Origin: Flavobacteriales bacterium
Lineage (GTDB): Bacteria; Bacteroidota; Bacteroidia; Flavobacteriales_F; PHOS-HE28
NCBI GenBank assembly: GCA_038234075.1
Contig: JBBSUV010000001.1
Location: 6,070 to 70,069 of the forward strand
DNA: 64,000 nucleotides
Reading direction: 5' to 3'
In this document: piece after piece, positions 9,937 to 18,851 of the stretch
How positions within the stretch are numbered: position 1 is the first letter of the stretch
Layout: the number at the start of each line of letters is the position of its first letter
Translations under genes and position numbers: made by a program
Notes under the pieces: generated by a model
What the model was told of the DNA's origin: nothing
The model's database searches: none
Seen by the model: only the letters and a program-made list of their open reading frames with translations

Positions 9937-10191
9937 AAAAAGGAGCGGAAAACTTCATGCCTTTACCGAACCTTGCATAAGCGATACGCTCGCTCGGGCA
10001 TTACCGCTCCGGCCACGGTCCACACCCTCCGGCACTCCTTTGCGACACACCTTTTGGAGAATGGCACGGACCTGCGCTATATTCAAACTCTGTTAGGGCA
10101 CAGTTCGAGTAAAACCACCGAGATCTACACGCATGTCAGCACCAAGGCCATTGGCAAGATCCGAAGCCCACTGGACAACTTGGACCTGTGA
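9937..10191 (+). pseudogene. 3' remnant of a tyrosine recombinase/integrase (C-terminal catalytic region only)
   Basis: The frame encodes ...[39 protein letters not shown]..., the conserved R-H-R-Y C-terminal box of XerC/XerD/IntI-type recombinases. Only about 70 aa of homology, with no N-terminal domains upstream. Confidence 0.6.
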
Positions 10192-10338
10192 TGGTTTATG
10201 TTGCTTTACCCTCCCCAATAGTGAGATAGACAACACTCCCCCTCACAAACTGATCGCGAAATAGACAGCATATAGCGTCTACCCACTAGTTACCTGCAAG
10301 CTGAAAATGACGACAGTAGAAATAAATAATTAGAAAAT

Positions 10339-10752
10339 ATGAAACGTAACATTCTTTCAGTAGTTATAGGAATAGCAGCCGCAATTATAACATTTTTGGT
10401 GTTTGAAACTATTAATGCTTCATTCCACCCTGCACCAACGAATTTAGATTACAATGACAGCATTGCAGTAAAAGCATTTTACGAAAATCAACCTCTTTCC
10501 CTTTGGCTATTGGTATTAGTTGGTTGGATTGTTGGTTCGTTTCTTTGTGGACTTTTAATCAAATGGATTAGTAAAAACGACAACAAAAAGCTTCCAATTA
10601 TTGCAGGAGGAATTTTGACACTTTCAGCAATTGCAAATTTTTTTTCATTGCCACATCCAACTTGGTTTATAATTGTTGGTTTAGTGATATTTATACCGTC
10701 CACCATTTTAGGACATAAACTTTATAAAAACAATACAAATGGACAGCGATAA
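10339..10752 (+). CDS. Hypothetical small membrane protein (3-4 TM helices), AT-rich cargo gene
   Basis: 137-aa ORF with several hydrophobic helices. Its codon usage is unlike the rest of the window. Confidence 0.45.
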   Translation: MKRNILSVVIGIAAAIITFLVFETINASFHPAPTNLDYNDSIAVKAFYENQPLSLWLLVLVGWIVGSFLCGLLIKWISKNDNKKLPIIAGGILTLSAIANFFSLPHPTWFIIVGLVIFIPSTILGHKLYKNNTNGQR

Positions 10753-11095
10753 AATTTTTACGGCCCTAAAATCATTTTTGGAACATTATGAACCAAATCT
10801 TTCTGTAATTCATAATAAAAGCGACAACTACTATTTGAATACACCGACAACAGAAACTAATAAAAAAGCAGAATTTTTCGGTGCAGTTCAAATCAAAAAG
10901 TCATATGTTGCATTTCATTTAATGCCTATTTATTACTATCCCGAATTATTAGATAACATAAGCCAAGAACTTAAAAAAAGAATGCAAGGCAAATCTTGCT
11001 TCAACTTCAAGGACAAGGATGACAAACTTTTTGCAGAGTTAAATTCATTAACAAAAAGTTCCTTTGAAAAATACAAATCATTGAACAAAATTTGA
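10739..11095 (+). CDS. DUF1801 (YdhG-like) domain protein, AT-rich cargo gene
   Basis: 118 aa. Motifs KSYVAFHLMPIYYYP and GKSCFNFK resemble the HIGFYP / GKGCIRFK signature of DUF1801 proteins. Overlaps the preceding ORF by 14 nt. Confidence 0.45.
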   Translation: MDSDKIFTALKSFLEHYEPNLSVIHNKSDNYYLNTPTTETNKKAEFFGAVQIKKSYVAFHLMPIYYYPELLDNISQELKKRMQGKSCFNFKDKDDKLFAELNSLTKSSFEKYKSLNKI

Positions 11096-11384
11096 AGAAC
11101 CAAAGAAAAGCCAGCAGGTAACAATGTATATAAAAAATAGGCGAAATAGTACTTAATTCAAGGGTTTTGGCTCGTATCAAACTTTGTGCTTAACCGAAAG
11201 TTTCGTGCTTCGAAGTCGCCTACTTTTCATATACTAACCGTTGACCCCCATTCCGCCAAAGCGCGGAACGGAGTTCAACAATAAATGACCAAGCTGTTCA
11301 AGGTACTCGTTCACTATTCCTGCCTGTACGCGTCCGAAAGGCAGCGTACGGTTCGAATCTGAACCTTGGGTACCGGGATCGCTC

Positions 11385-12557
11385 CTACCCTTCCTTCAGC
11401 ACACTCCTTCCGATCACGATGCGTTGCACCTCGCTGGTGCCCTCGTAGATCTGGGTGATCTTGGCGTCGCGCATCAGGCGCTCCACGTGGTACTCCTTCA
11501 CGTAGCCGTAGCCGCCGTGCACCTGCACGGCTTCCACGGTGGTCTTCATGGCCGTTTCACTGGCGAAGAGCTTGGCCATGCTGCTGGCGCGTTCGTAGTC
11601 CAGGTGCTGGTCCTTCAGCCAAGCGGCTTTTAAGCAGAGCAGGCGGGCCGCTTCGATCTCCGTGGCCATATCCGCCAGTTTGAAGGCGATGGCCTGGTGC
11701 TCGCTGATGGGCTTTCCGAAAGCCTTGCGCTCCTTGCTATAGGCTAAGGCCAACTCGTAGGCGCCGCTGGCGATGCCAAGGGCCTGTGAGGCGATGCCGA
11801 TGCGGCCACCGGCCAAGGTCTTCATGGCGAATTTGAAGCCGAAGCCATCCTCACCGATGCGATTTTCTTTGGGCACCTTCACGTCCTGGAACATCAGGGT
11901 GTGGGTGTCGCTGCCACGAATGCCGAGCTTGTCCTCCTTTGCGCCGACCACGAAGCCGGGCATGCCCTTTTCCACGATGAGGCAGTTGATGCCTTTGTGG
12001 CCTTTGGCAACATCGGTCTGGGCCATCACCAAGTAGGTGCTGGCGGTTCCTCCGTTGGTGATCCAGTTCTTGGTGCCGTTCAGCAGGTAATGGTCGCCCA
12101 TGTCGATGGCGGTGGTACGCTGGCTGGTGGCATCGCTGCCGGCCTCAGGCTCGCTGAGGCAGAATGCGCCGATCACCTCCCCTTTCGCCAAGGGCACGAG
12201 GTATTTCTGCTTCTGCTCTTCGTTAGCGAATTCCTCCAGGCCCCAACACACGAGGCTGTTGTTCACGCTCATCACAACGGAGCAGCTGGCGTCCACCTTG
12301 CTGATCTCTTCCATGGCCAGCACGTAGCAGATGGCGTCCATGCCGCCGCCGCCGTACTTCGGGTCCACCATCATGCCGAGGAAGCCGAGCTCACCGAGCT
12401 GCTTGATCTCTTCCTTGGGGAAGCGCTGTTCGCGGTCGCGGTCGATCACGCCGGGCTTCAGCACGTTCTGGGCGAAGTCACGGGCGGCATCGCGCACGGC
12501 CTTTTGTTCCTCATTGAGTTCAAAATCCATTCCGGAGGCGGTGGTAGTTGCTTGCAT
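11385..12557 (-). CDS. Acyl-CoA dehydrogenase
   Basis: ACAD-family motifs throughout, including the C-terminal ...QIYEGTSEVQRIVIGRSVLKEG. The start is the Met at 12557 or the internal MDFELNEEQ at 12530. Confidence 0.9.
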   Translation of the reverse strand: MQATTTASGMDFELNEEQKAVRDAARDFAQNVLKPGVIDRDREQRFPKEEIKQLGELGFLGMMVDPKYGGGGMDAICYVLAMEEISKVDASCSVVMSVNNSLVCWGLEEFANEEQKQKYLVPLAKGEVIGAFCLSEPEAGSDATSQRTTAIDMGDHYLLNGTKNWITNGGTASTYLVMAQTDVAKGHKGINCLIVEKGMPGFVVGAKEDKLGIRGSDTHTLMFQDVKVPKENRIGEDGFGFKFAMKTLAGGRIGIASQALGIASGAYELALAYSKERKAFGKPISEHQAIAFKLADMATEIEAARLLCLKAAWLKDQHLDYERASSMAKLFASETAMKTTVEAVQVHGGYGYVKEYHVERLMRDAKITQIYEGTSEVQRIVIGRSVLKEG

Positions 12558-12640
12558 GGGATCGGTTATCGGGGATCGGTCGTTATTGGATGCAGACCTG
12601 CCTGCGGCAGGCAGGGACGTAGAGAAATGCTTTGCTCAGG

Positions 12641-12850
12641 GGTTTAACCGCAGATGGCGCAGATGACACAGATAAATGCCGTTGCCGCGACCGGCGTTGG
12701 GGGATGTGCCTGGCGGCACGGCAGATGGGCACAGATGAATGCCGTTCAGACGCAGCAGAAAGCCATCCTTGTCGGGCTTCATTCCAGCATGTGCGGAGAT
12801 CAGCACCTTCAACGTCATTTGCGTTCGATTCGTCATCGGCGTTCCATTCG
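12641..12850. repeat. Intergenic element with tandem CGCAGATG-type decamers and inverted copies (family member A)
   Basis: Forward copies are ggtttaaccgcagatggcgcagatgacacagataaatgccgtt and cggcagatgggcacagatgaatgccgtt. Inverted arms are cgtcatttgcgttcgattcgtcatcggcgttcc. It lies between the divergent acyl-CoA dehydrogenase and anmK starts. Confidence 0.7.
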
Positions 12851-12910
12851 GATCACTTGCCGCAAATGTAGCCGATACCTTCGCGCCATGGCAGCTACGC
12901 GATCAACGGA

Positions 12911-13975
12911 ATGAAGGACGCAAAGGACCTTTCCCGTGTGGTCGGCGTGATGAGCGGCAGCTCGTTGGATGGGATCGATCTGGCGTTGTGCCACTTTGCC
13001 CAGGATGGAAAGCAGTGGTCCTTCACCATTGAAAAGGCAGTGACCGTTCCTTACAATGAGGCTATGCGCAAGCGGCTGCTGCACGCGACGGAAACGAGCG
13101 CGTTGGAACTGACCCGTCTTCACCGGGACATCGGCATCGCCATCGGCACGGCCTGCCATGACCTTTTGCAAGGCACCACGGCCGACCTGATCGCCTCCCA
13201 CGGCCACACGATCTTCCACCAGCCGGGGGAAGGCCTCACGGTGCAGGTGGGTGATGGCGCGCGCATCTCCGCATTGGCCGGGCTGCCCACAGTGTGCGAC
13301 TTCCGCAGCATGGACGTGGCCTTGGGCGGACAAGGTGCCCCGCTGGTACCCTTCGGCGAACGCATGCTTTTCCCGGACCACAAGGCTTTTGTCAATTTGG
13401 GCGGCATCGCCAACATCGCTATTCACGATGGAAAGCACACCATCGGATATGACATCTGCCCCTGCAACCAAGCTTTGGACCTGCTGGCGAGCGAGGCCGG
13501 CATGGCCTATGACGCGAATGGTGATCTGGCCCGGACGGGAGAAGTGAACGTGGAACTGCTTGGGAAGCTGAACGCCTTGGATTTCTACAAACAGGAACCG
13601 CCGCGCTCCTTGGGTCGGGAATGGTTTGACGAGCAAGTGAAGCCATTGATCTCGTCGGACCTTCCGCTGAAGGACCGGCTGCGCACGGTGATCGAACACA
13701 TCGCGCTGCTGATCGCGCAGGAACTGGATAAGGCCAAGGTGGGAACCGCGCTCTTCACCGGCGGCGGGGCGCACAATGGCTTTTTGATCGAGCGGATCGC
13801 CGCACTGGGAAAGGCCACACCGGAGTTGCCTTCCGCAGAGCTGATCGACTACAAGGAAGCGGTGATCTTCGCCTTCCTCGGCTTGATGCGGATCCGGGGC
13901 GAGGTGAACACCTTGGCGAGCGTCACCGGGGCATCCCGGGACAACATCGGGGGAGCTGTGTGGGTGCCCAATTAA
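12911..13975 (+). CDS. anmK: Anhydro-N-acetylmuramic acid kinase
   Basis: N-terminal VGVMSGSSLDGIDLAL motif; 354 aa. Confidence 0.85.
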   Translation: MKDAKDLSRVVGVMSGSSLDGIDLALCHFAQDGKQWSFTIEKAVTVPYNEAMRKRLLHATETSALELTRLHRDIGIAIGTACHDLLQGTTADLIASHGHTIFHQPGEGLTVQVGDGARISALAGLPTVCDFRSMDVALGGQGAPLVPFGERMLFPDHKAFVNLGGIANIAIHDGKHTIGYDICPCNQALDLLASEAGMAYDANGDLARTGEVNVELLGKLNALDFYKQEPPRSLGREWFDEQVKPLISSDLPLKDRLRTVIEHIALLIAQELDKAKVGTALFTGGGAHNGFLIERIAALGKATPELPSAELIDYKEAVIFAFLGLMRIRGEVNTLASVTGASRDNIGGAVWVPN

Positions 13976-14062
13976 CAAACGGTAAGGGATAACCACGGGG
14001 CACTGGACCTAATGCCCGGCCCGGCCCGGCTAATTTTGGGCCTTTGGATCCTACATTCCGAC

Positions 14063-15286
14063 ATGAGGGAAGCATTGAAGAAGTTCGAGGAACGTGAGCC
14101 TGAGATCGTGTTCGAATGGCACGACGGTCCCACGGACGCGAAGGGTTGGGTAGTGATCAACAGCCTGCGCGGCGGCGCTGCCGGTGGTGGCACCCGCATG
14201 CGTAAGGGTCTGGATAAGCGCGAGGTGATGAGCTTGGCGAAGACGATGGAGGTGAAGTTCACCGTTAGCGGTCCGGCCATCGGTGGGGCCAAGAGCGGCA
14301 TCGACTTCGACCCGATGGACCCGCGCAAGGGCGAAGTGCTGGAGCGTTGGTTCAAGGCCGTGATGCCTTTGTTGAAAGCCTACTACGGCACCGGCGGCGA
14401 CCTGAATGTCGACGAGCTGCACGAGGTGATCCCCATCACGGAGCATTATGGACTGTGGCACCCACAGGAAGGTGTGGTGACCGGCCATTCCACGAAGGAC
14501 CAAGGCGCCAAAGTGCGTATTCTTGGCCAGCTGCGCACGGGCGTCAGCAAGCGGGTGGAAAATCCGGCGTTCACCCCCATTCCAGGGAAATTCGCCGTAG
14601 CCGACCTTATCACCGGTTGGGGCGTTGCGCAGAGCGTGATCCACCACTACCGCATCCAAGGTGGCCATGTGAAAGGAAAACGCGTAGCCGTGCAGGGATG
14701 GGGCAATGTGGCTGCAGCTGCAGGATACTACCTCAGCCAGGCCGGCGCAGTGTTAGTCGGCATCATCGATAGGCACGGTGGCATGCTTTCCGAAGCAGGT
14801 CTTGATGCGGCGGCCGTAGAGAAGCTCTTCCTGGAAAAAAAGGGCAACGTGCTCCACATGCCCGACATGCTGCCCTTCGACACGGTCAACGAGCGCATCT
14901 GGGATTGCGGAGCACAGGTATTCCTTCCCTGCGCAGCCTCCCGTTTGGTGACCGGAGGGCAGGTGGACCGCATGTGCGCCGCCGGCCTGGAAGTGATCGC
15001 CAGCGGGGCCAACGTACCCTTCGCCGACCTGGAGATATTCTACGGTCCGATCGCCGAGCATGCGGACAAAAAGGTCAGCGTGATCCCGGACTTCATTGCC
15101 AACTGCGGCATGGCCCGCGTCTTCGCCTATTGCATGCAGGACGGTGCGGAACTGACCGACAAGGCCATTTTTGAGGATGTGAGCAAAGTGATCGGGAAAG
15201 CCCTCGAACACGTCCATTCCAAGAACGACGGCAGAACGGGTGTCACCCGCACTGCATTCGAGATCGCCCTCGCCCAGCTTACCTGA
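14063..15286 (+). CDS. Glu/Leu/Phe/Val dehydrogenase family amino-acid dehydrogenase
   Basis: GGxKxGxxxDP catalytic-lysine signature (AIGGAKSGIDFDP) and a Rossmann-type C-terminal domain. The likely start is the ATG at 14063 (MREALKKFEE); the ORF track start is 14012. Confidence 0.75.
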   Translation: MREALKKFEEREPEIVFEWHDGPTDAKGWVVINSLRGGAAGGGTRMRKGLDKREVMSLAKTMEVKFTVSGPAIGGAKSGIDFDPMDPRKGEVLERWFKAVMPLLKAYYGTGGDLNVDELHEVIPITEHYGLWHPQEGVVTGHSTKDQGAKVRILGQLRTGVSKRVENPAFTPIPGKFAVADLITGWGVAQSVIHHYRIQGGHVKGKRVAVQGWGNVAAAAGYYLSQAGAVLVGIIDRHGGMLSEAGLDAAAVEKLFLEKKGNVLHMPDMLPFDTVNERIWDCGAQVFLPCAASRLVTGGQVDRMCAAGLEVIASGANVPFADLEIFYGPIAEHADKKVSVIPDFIANCGMARVFAYCMQDGAELTDKAIFEDVSKVIGKALEHVHSKNDGRTGVTRTAFEIALAQLT

Positions 15287-15337
15287 GAAAAATTTCCGAC
15301 GCATTAACGCGTTCAACTACCAACCCAAGCACAACAC

Positions 15338-16063
15338 ATGCCCTTCGAGCTTCTCGCACAGGTACAGGACAACGCCGAGGCCGCCCGGCAACTGCTGGAT
15401 CAGGCCGCAACGGCACCGCAGGCCCCTCCGGTGATGGAGACCATTTCCATCTGGGAGCTGATCCAGAACGGGGGCTGGTACATCATGGGGCCTCTGGGTA
15501 TCATGTCGCTGATCGCCGTCTACATCATCATTGAGCGGAGCTTGGCGATCCGCCGCGCCCTCAAGGAGGAGAAGGACTTCATGGAGAAGATCCGGGACTA
15601 CATCCACGACGGGAAGATCGACTCCGCACACAACCTCTGCGCGCAGAACCCGGCCCCCGTGGCCCGCATGCTGGACAAGGGCATCAGCCGCATCGGCAGG
15701 CCGTTGAAGGACATCGAGGTGAGCATCGAGAATGCCGGCAAGCTCGAGGTATACAAGCTGGAAAAGGGATTGAGCGTGCTGGCCACCATCGCCGGCTCAG
15801 CCCCGATGTTGGGATTCCTTGGTACGGTGATCGGGATGATCGTCACCTTCCACACCATGAAGGTCAGCGGTGCGGGAGTGGAGATCGGCCAACTTTCCGG
15901 CGGTATCATGCAAGCCATGGTCACCACAGTGGCCGGCCTCATCATCGGCATCATCGCCTATGTGGCCTACAACACACTTGTGGCCCGCGTGACGAAAGTG
16001 GTACAGAACATGGAGGCCACCACCATCTCCTTCATGGAGGTGCTGGAATCACCCGCGAAATAG
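15338..16063 (+). CDS. exbB: MotA/TolQ/ExbB proton-channel protein
   Basis: 241 aa with three TM segments and an ExbB/TolQ-like C-terminal half. Followed by exbD and tonB. Confidence 0.8.
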   Translation: MPFELLAQVQDNAEAARQLLDQAATAPQAPPVMETISIWELIQNGGWYIMGPLGIMSLIAVYIIIERSLAIRRALKEEKDFMEKIRDYIHDGKIDSAHNLCAQNPAPVARMLDKGISRIGRPLKDIEVSIENAGKLEVYKLEKGLSVLATIAGSAPMLGFLGTVIGMIVTFHTMKVSGAGVEIGQLSGGIMQAMVTTVAGLIIGIIAYVAYNTLVARVTKVVQNMEATTISFMEVLESPAK

Positions 16064-16066
16064 GGC

Positions 16067-16462
16067 ATGGGACTACGCAGCTCACATAAGGTGGATGCCG
16101 GGTTCAACATGAGCTCGATGACGGACCTGGTCTTCCTGTTGCTGATCTTCTTCGTGATCCTCAGCACCATGGTAAGCCCCTACGCGCTGCCGGTGGATCT
16201 GCCGACCAGTGCGAACAAGACCAAGGAGAAGGCGAAGGTGGCGGTGCGCATTGATGCGGAACAGCATTACAGCGTGAACAACCAGATGATCGAACCGAGC
16301 CAGCTGGAAAGTGTACTGGTATCCGAGATGGCGAAGACGGCCGGCGACCAAGCGATCATTCTGCACGTGGACCAAAGCGTTCCCACGGGCATAACGGTAA
16401 GCGTGCTCGATATCTGCAAGCGGAACAAGTGGAAGATCATTTTGGCGACCAAGCCAAGTTGA
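16067..16462 (+). CDS. exbD: ExbD/TolR biopolymer transport protein
   Basis: 131 aa with a single N-terminal TM (LVFLLLIFFVILS). Position within exbB-exbD-tonB. Confidence 0.75.
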   Translation: MGLRSSHKVDAGFNMSSMTDLVFLLLIFFVILSTMVSPYALPVDLPTSANKTKEKAKVAVRIDAEQHYSVNNQMIEPSQLESVLVSEMAKTAGDQAIILHVDQSVPTGITVSVLDICKRNKWKIILATKPS

Positions 16463-16565
16463 AGAATGAAGGGCCACAGAGACGCAGAGAATTCCCACTC
16501 AGGGTCTCACCAATCAGGATCTGGGTTCAACACTTGGACCGGTGATCGGTGATCAGTGATAGGCA

Positions 16566-17321
16566 ATGCAGACCATCGAACTGAAACAGGAGTCCCACGA
16601 CAAGCGAGTGAGCGTGATCATCACGATCGTGTTCCACATCCTGTTGCTGATCCTGTTCCTATACATCGGCTTGCAGCAGCCGAATCCGCTACCCCAGGAG
16701 GAAGGTATCGAACTCGCCTTCGAAGATGCCGGCGGACGCACCGGGGGCAGCGTATCCGCAGCGCCAGCAGAATCCACACCTCCTCCCGCACCTGCCGTTT
16801 CCGAGCCCCAAACACCGGAGCCCGTAGCCACCGATGATGCGAGCGATGTGGCCATACCCAAGCCAGTGAAGCCGACCCCGCCGAAGCCCCAACCCACCAA
16901 GCCGCAGCCGCGCAAGCCGGATCCGAACTCCCTCTTCTCCCCTTCCTCCACGCCGAGCAGCTCCTCCTCCTCCTCCAGCGCCCAGAGCGGAGGAGGCACG
17001 CCCAGCAGCACTCCCGGTGACGGCGGTTCCGGCAACTTCAAAGGGAAAGCCTTCGAAGGTCGGCTTGCTGGCCGCGGCCTGATGCGCGGTCCCAACCTGA
17101 GCGAAAAGCCCACCGAGGCAGGCAAGGTGGCCTTGGACATTTTCGTGGACCGGACCGGGCACGTCACGCACGTCGCCTTCAACTTGGACCGTAGCACCAC
17201 CACCAGCCAGACGCTCTTCAACCTCGCGAAGAAGGCCGCTATGCAATGCACCTTCAGCCCCAAGCCGGACGGCCCGGCGGAGCAGAAAGGCGACATGACC
17301 TTCATCTTCATCCTCGAATAA
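16566..17321 (+). CDS. tonB: Energy transducer TonB (proline-rich linker, C-terminal TonB domain)
   Basis: N-terminal TM, a Pro-rich spacer (PKPVKPTPPKPQPTKPQPRKP) and a C-terminal TonB-like domain. Third gene of the exbBD-tonB unit. Confidence 0.7.
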   Translation: MQTIELKQESHDKRVSVIITIVFHILLLILFLYIGLQQPNPLPQEEGIELAFEDAGGRTGGSVSAAPAESTPPPAPAVSEPQTPEPVATDDASDVAIPKPVKPTPPKPQPTKPQPRKPDPNSLFSPSSTPSSSSSSSSAQSGGGTPSSTPGDGGSGNFKGKAFEGRLAGRGLMRGPNLSEKPTEAGKVALDIFVDRTGHVTHVAFNLDRSTTTSQTLFNLAKKAAMQCTFSPKPDGPAEQKGDMTFIFILE

Positions 17322-17322
17322 G

Positions 17323-18540
17323 TTGGACTACCCGGAGACGCTGGCGTACCTGTACGAGCGCCTGCCCATGTTCTCGCGTCTTGGCAAGGCCGCGTACAAG
17401 GCGGACCTCAGCAACACGCATGCATTGATGGAGCTGACCGGCCATCCGGAACGGGGCCTGAAATGCGTGCACCTCGCAGGCACGAACGGAAAAGGCAGCA
17501 CCGCCAACATGATCGCCAGCGTGCTGCAGGAGGCGGGATACCGCACGGGGCTGCACACCTCCCCGCACCTGAAGGACTTCCGTGAGCGGTTCCGGATCAA
17601 CGGGGAGATGATCCCGCAGGAAGCGGTGACCGCCTTCGTGGAACGCTATCATTCGGCTTTCGAGCCGGTTGAAGCCTCCTTTTTCGAATGGGGCGTGGCA
17701 CTGGCCTTGAACTGGTTCCGCGAGGAGCACACGGACATCGCGGTGATCGAATGCGGCTTGGGCGGCCGACTGGACAGCACCAATGTGGTCACCCCCGAGG
17801 TGAGCATCATCACCAACATCGGCTGGGACCATATGGACCTGCTGGGGGATACGTTGGAGAAGATCGCAGCGGAGAAGGCGGGCATCATCAAGCCGGGCAT
17901 CCCCGTGGTGATCGGCGAGGCTGAAGGAACCATTGCCGAAGTCTTCCGGAAGCGAGCGAAAGAAGTGGGCGCACCGATCCATTTCACGGAACAGCAAGCA
18001 CCGATGCCGTATTTGCTGGACCTGCCCGGCCCGCACCAGCAGCGCAACGCGCGCACGGCGCTGGAGGCGCTGCGCGAACTTCAAAAGCAGGGTTGGACCA
18101 TCAGCGAAGAGCACATCACAGCCGGCCTGGCCAAGGTGCAGGCCAACACGGGTTTCTCCGGCCGCTGGCAAACGATAGGAGAGCATCCGCTCACCATCGT
18201 CGACATCGGCCACAACGCGGACGGTCTGAAGATCGTGATGGACATGCTGGAGCGCACCCCGCACGACCAGCTCCTCATCGTTCTGGGCACGGTGAACGAC
18301 AAGGACATCGAGCGCATGCTGGCACTTCTTCCGAAATGGGCGACCTACTTCTTCTGTAAGGCTGATATCCCACGCGGTCTGGAAGCCTTGAAGCTGGTGG
18401 AACTTGCGGCAGGGCAGGGACTACGCGGAAGGGCTTGGCCCTCGGTGAAAGAGGCTTTGGCCGCTGCAAGGCAGGCCGCCCAAGGCAAGGACCTGGTCTT
18501 GGTGACCGGCAGCGCCTTTGTGGTAGCCGAAGCGGTGTGA
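17323..18540 (+). CDS. folC: Bifunctional folylpolyglutamate synthase / dihydrofolate synthase
   Basis: Mur-ligase-family P-loop HLAGTNGKGST and FolC-like overall length (405 aa). Confidence 0.85.
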   Translation: MDYPETLAYLYERLPMFSRLGKAAYKADLSNTHALMELTGHPERGLKCVHLAGTNGKGSTANMIASVLQEAGYRTGLHTSPHLKDFRERFRINGEMIPQEAVTAFVERYHSAFEPVEASFFEWGVALALNWFREEHTDIAVIECGLGGRLDSTNVVTPEVSIITNIGWDHMDLLGDTLEKIAAEKAGIIKPGIPVVIGEAEGTIAEVFRKRAKEVGAPIHFTEQQAPMPYLLDLPGPHQQRNARTALEALRELQKQGWTISEEHITAGLAKVQANTGFSGRWQTIGEHPLTIVDIGHNADGLKIVMDMLERTPHDQLLIVLGTVNDKDIERMLALLPKWATYFFCKADIPRGLEALKLVELAAGQGLRGRAWPSVKEALAAARQAAQGKDLVLVTGSAFVVAEAV

Positions 18541-18619
18541 AACTGCCTGCGGTCAATACCAAAGCATTGGCCGAAAGCAGGCAGATCCGCCTTGGATCAA
18601 ACCCGCCTGTAAAAGCAAA

Positions 18620-18650
18620 GCCCCCCACTTCCGGTGGAGGGCTTTCTGCC
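18620..18650. terminator. Bidirectional hairpin terminator between folC and tRNA-Val
   Basis: aaagccccccacttccggtggagggcttt stem-loop, flanked by T/A runs on both strands. Confidence 0.5.
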
Positions 18651-18658
18651 GTTAAGTG

Positions 18659-18733
18659 TGGGACGTACTGGATTCGAACCAGTGACCTCATGCGTGTGAA
18701 GCATGCGCTCTAAACCAGCTGAGCTAACATCCC
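18659..18733 (-). tRNA. tRNA-Val (anticodon CAC); CCA not encoded
   Basis: The reverse complement folds as a canonical cloverleaf: GGGATGT acceptor, GCTC/GAGC D-stem, CATGC-TTCACAC-GCATG anticodon arm, ACTGG-TTCGAAT-CCAGT T-arm. Confidence 0.85.
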
Positions 18734-18776
18734 AATATGTCAATCTTCGCGGATAGCGAAGTCCGGCGGACCGGTG

Positions 18777-18851
18777 TGGGAGCAGCCGGATTCGAACCAG
18801 CGACCCTCTGCTTGTAAGGCAGATGCTCTAAACCAGCTGAGCTATGCTCCC
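18777..18851 (-). tRNA. tRNA-Val (anticodon TAC); CCA not encoded
   Basis: Reverse complement: GGGAGCA acceptor, TCTGC-CTTACAA-GCAGA anticodon arm, GCTGG-TTCGAAT-CCGGC T-arm. Confidence 0.85.

Larger units (their letters stand above)
10192..11384. mobile_element. AT-rich (about 30% GC) horizontally acquired islet next to the integrase remnant
   Basis: Abrupt compositional break from about 62% GC to AT-rich sequence directly after the integrase fragment stop. Native composition resumes at the acyl-CoA dehydrogenase gene. Confidence 0.6.

Noticed and set aside
11300-11345. tRNA-like GGTTCGAATC T-loop sequence at the right edge of the AT-rich islet (possible att remnant)
   Set aside because: No complementary T-stem or acceptor stem could be drawn. 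A 10-nt match alone is weak. It may nevertheless deserve an automated tRNA-fragment scan.
11901-12647. 248-aa plus-strand ORF
   Set aside because: Antisense to the acyl-CoA dehydrogenase gene.
12833-13996. 387-aa minus-strand ORF
   Set aside because: Exactly antisense to anmK, which has a clear kinase motif. Arg/His/Gln-rich shadow frame.
17308-18264. 318-aa minus-strand ORF
   Set aside because: Antisense to folC. Shadow ORF of a GC-rich gene.
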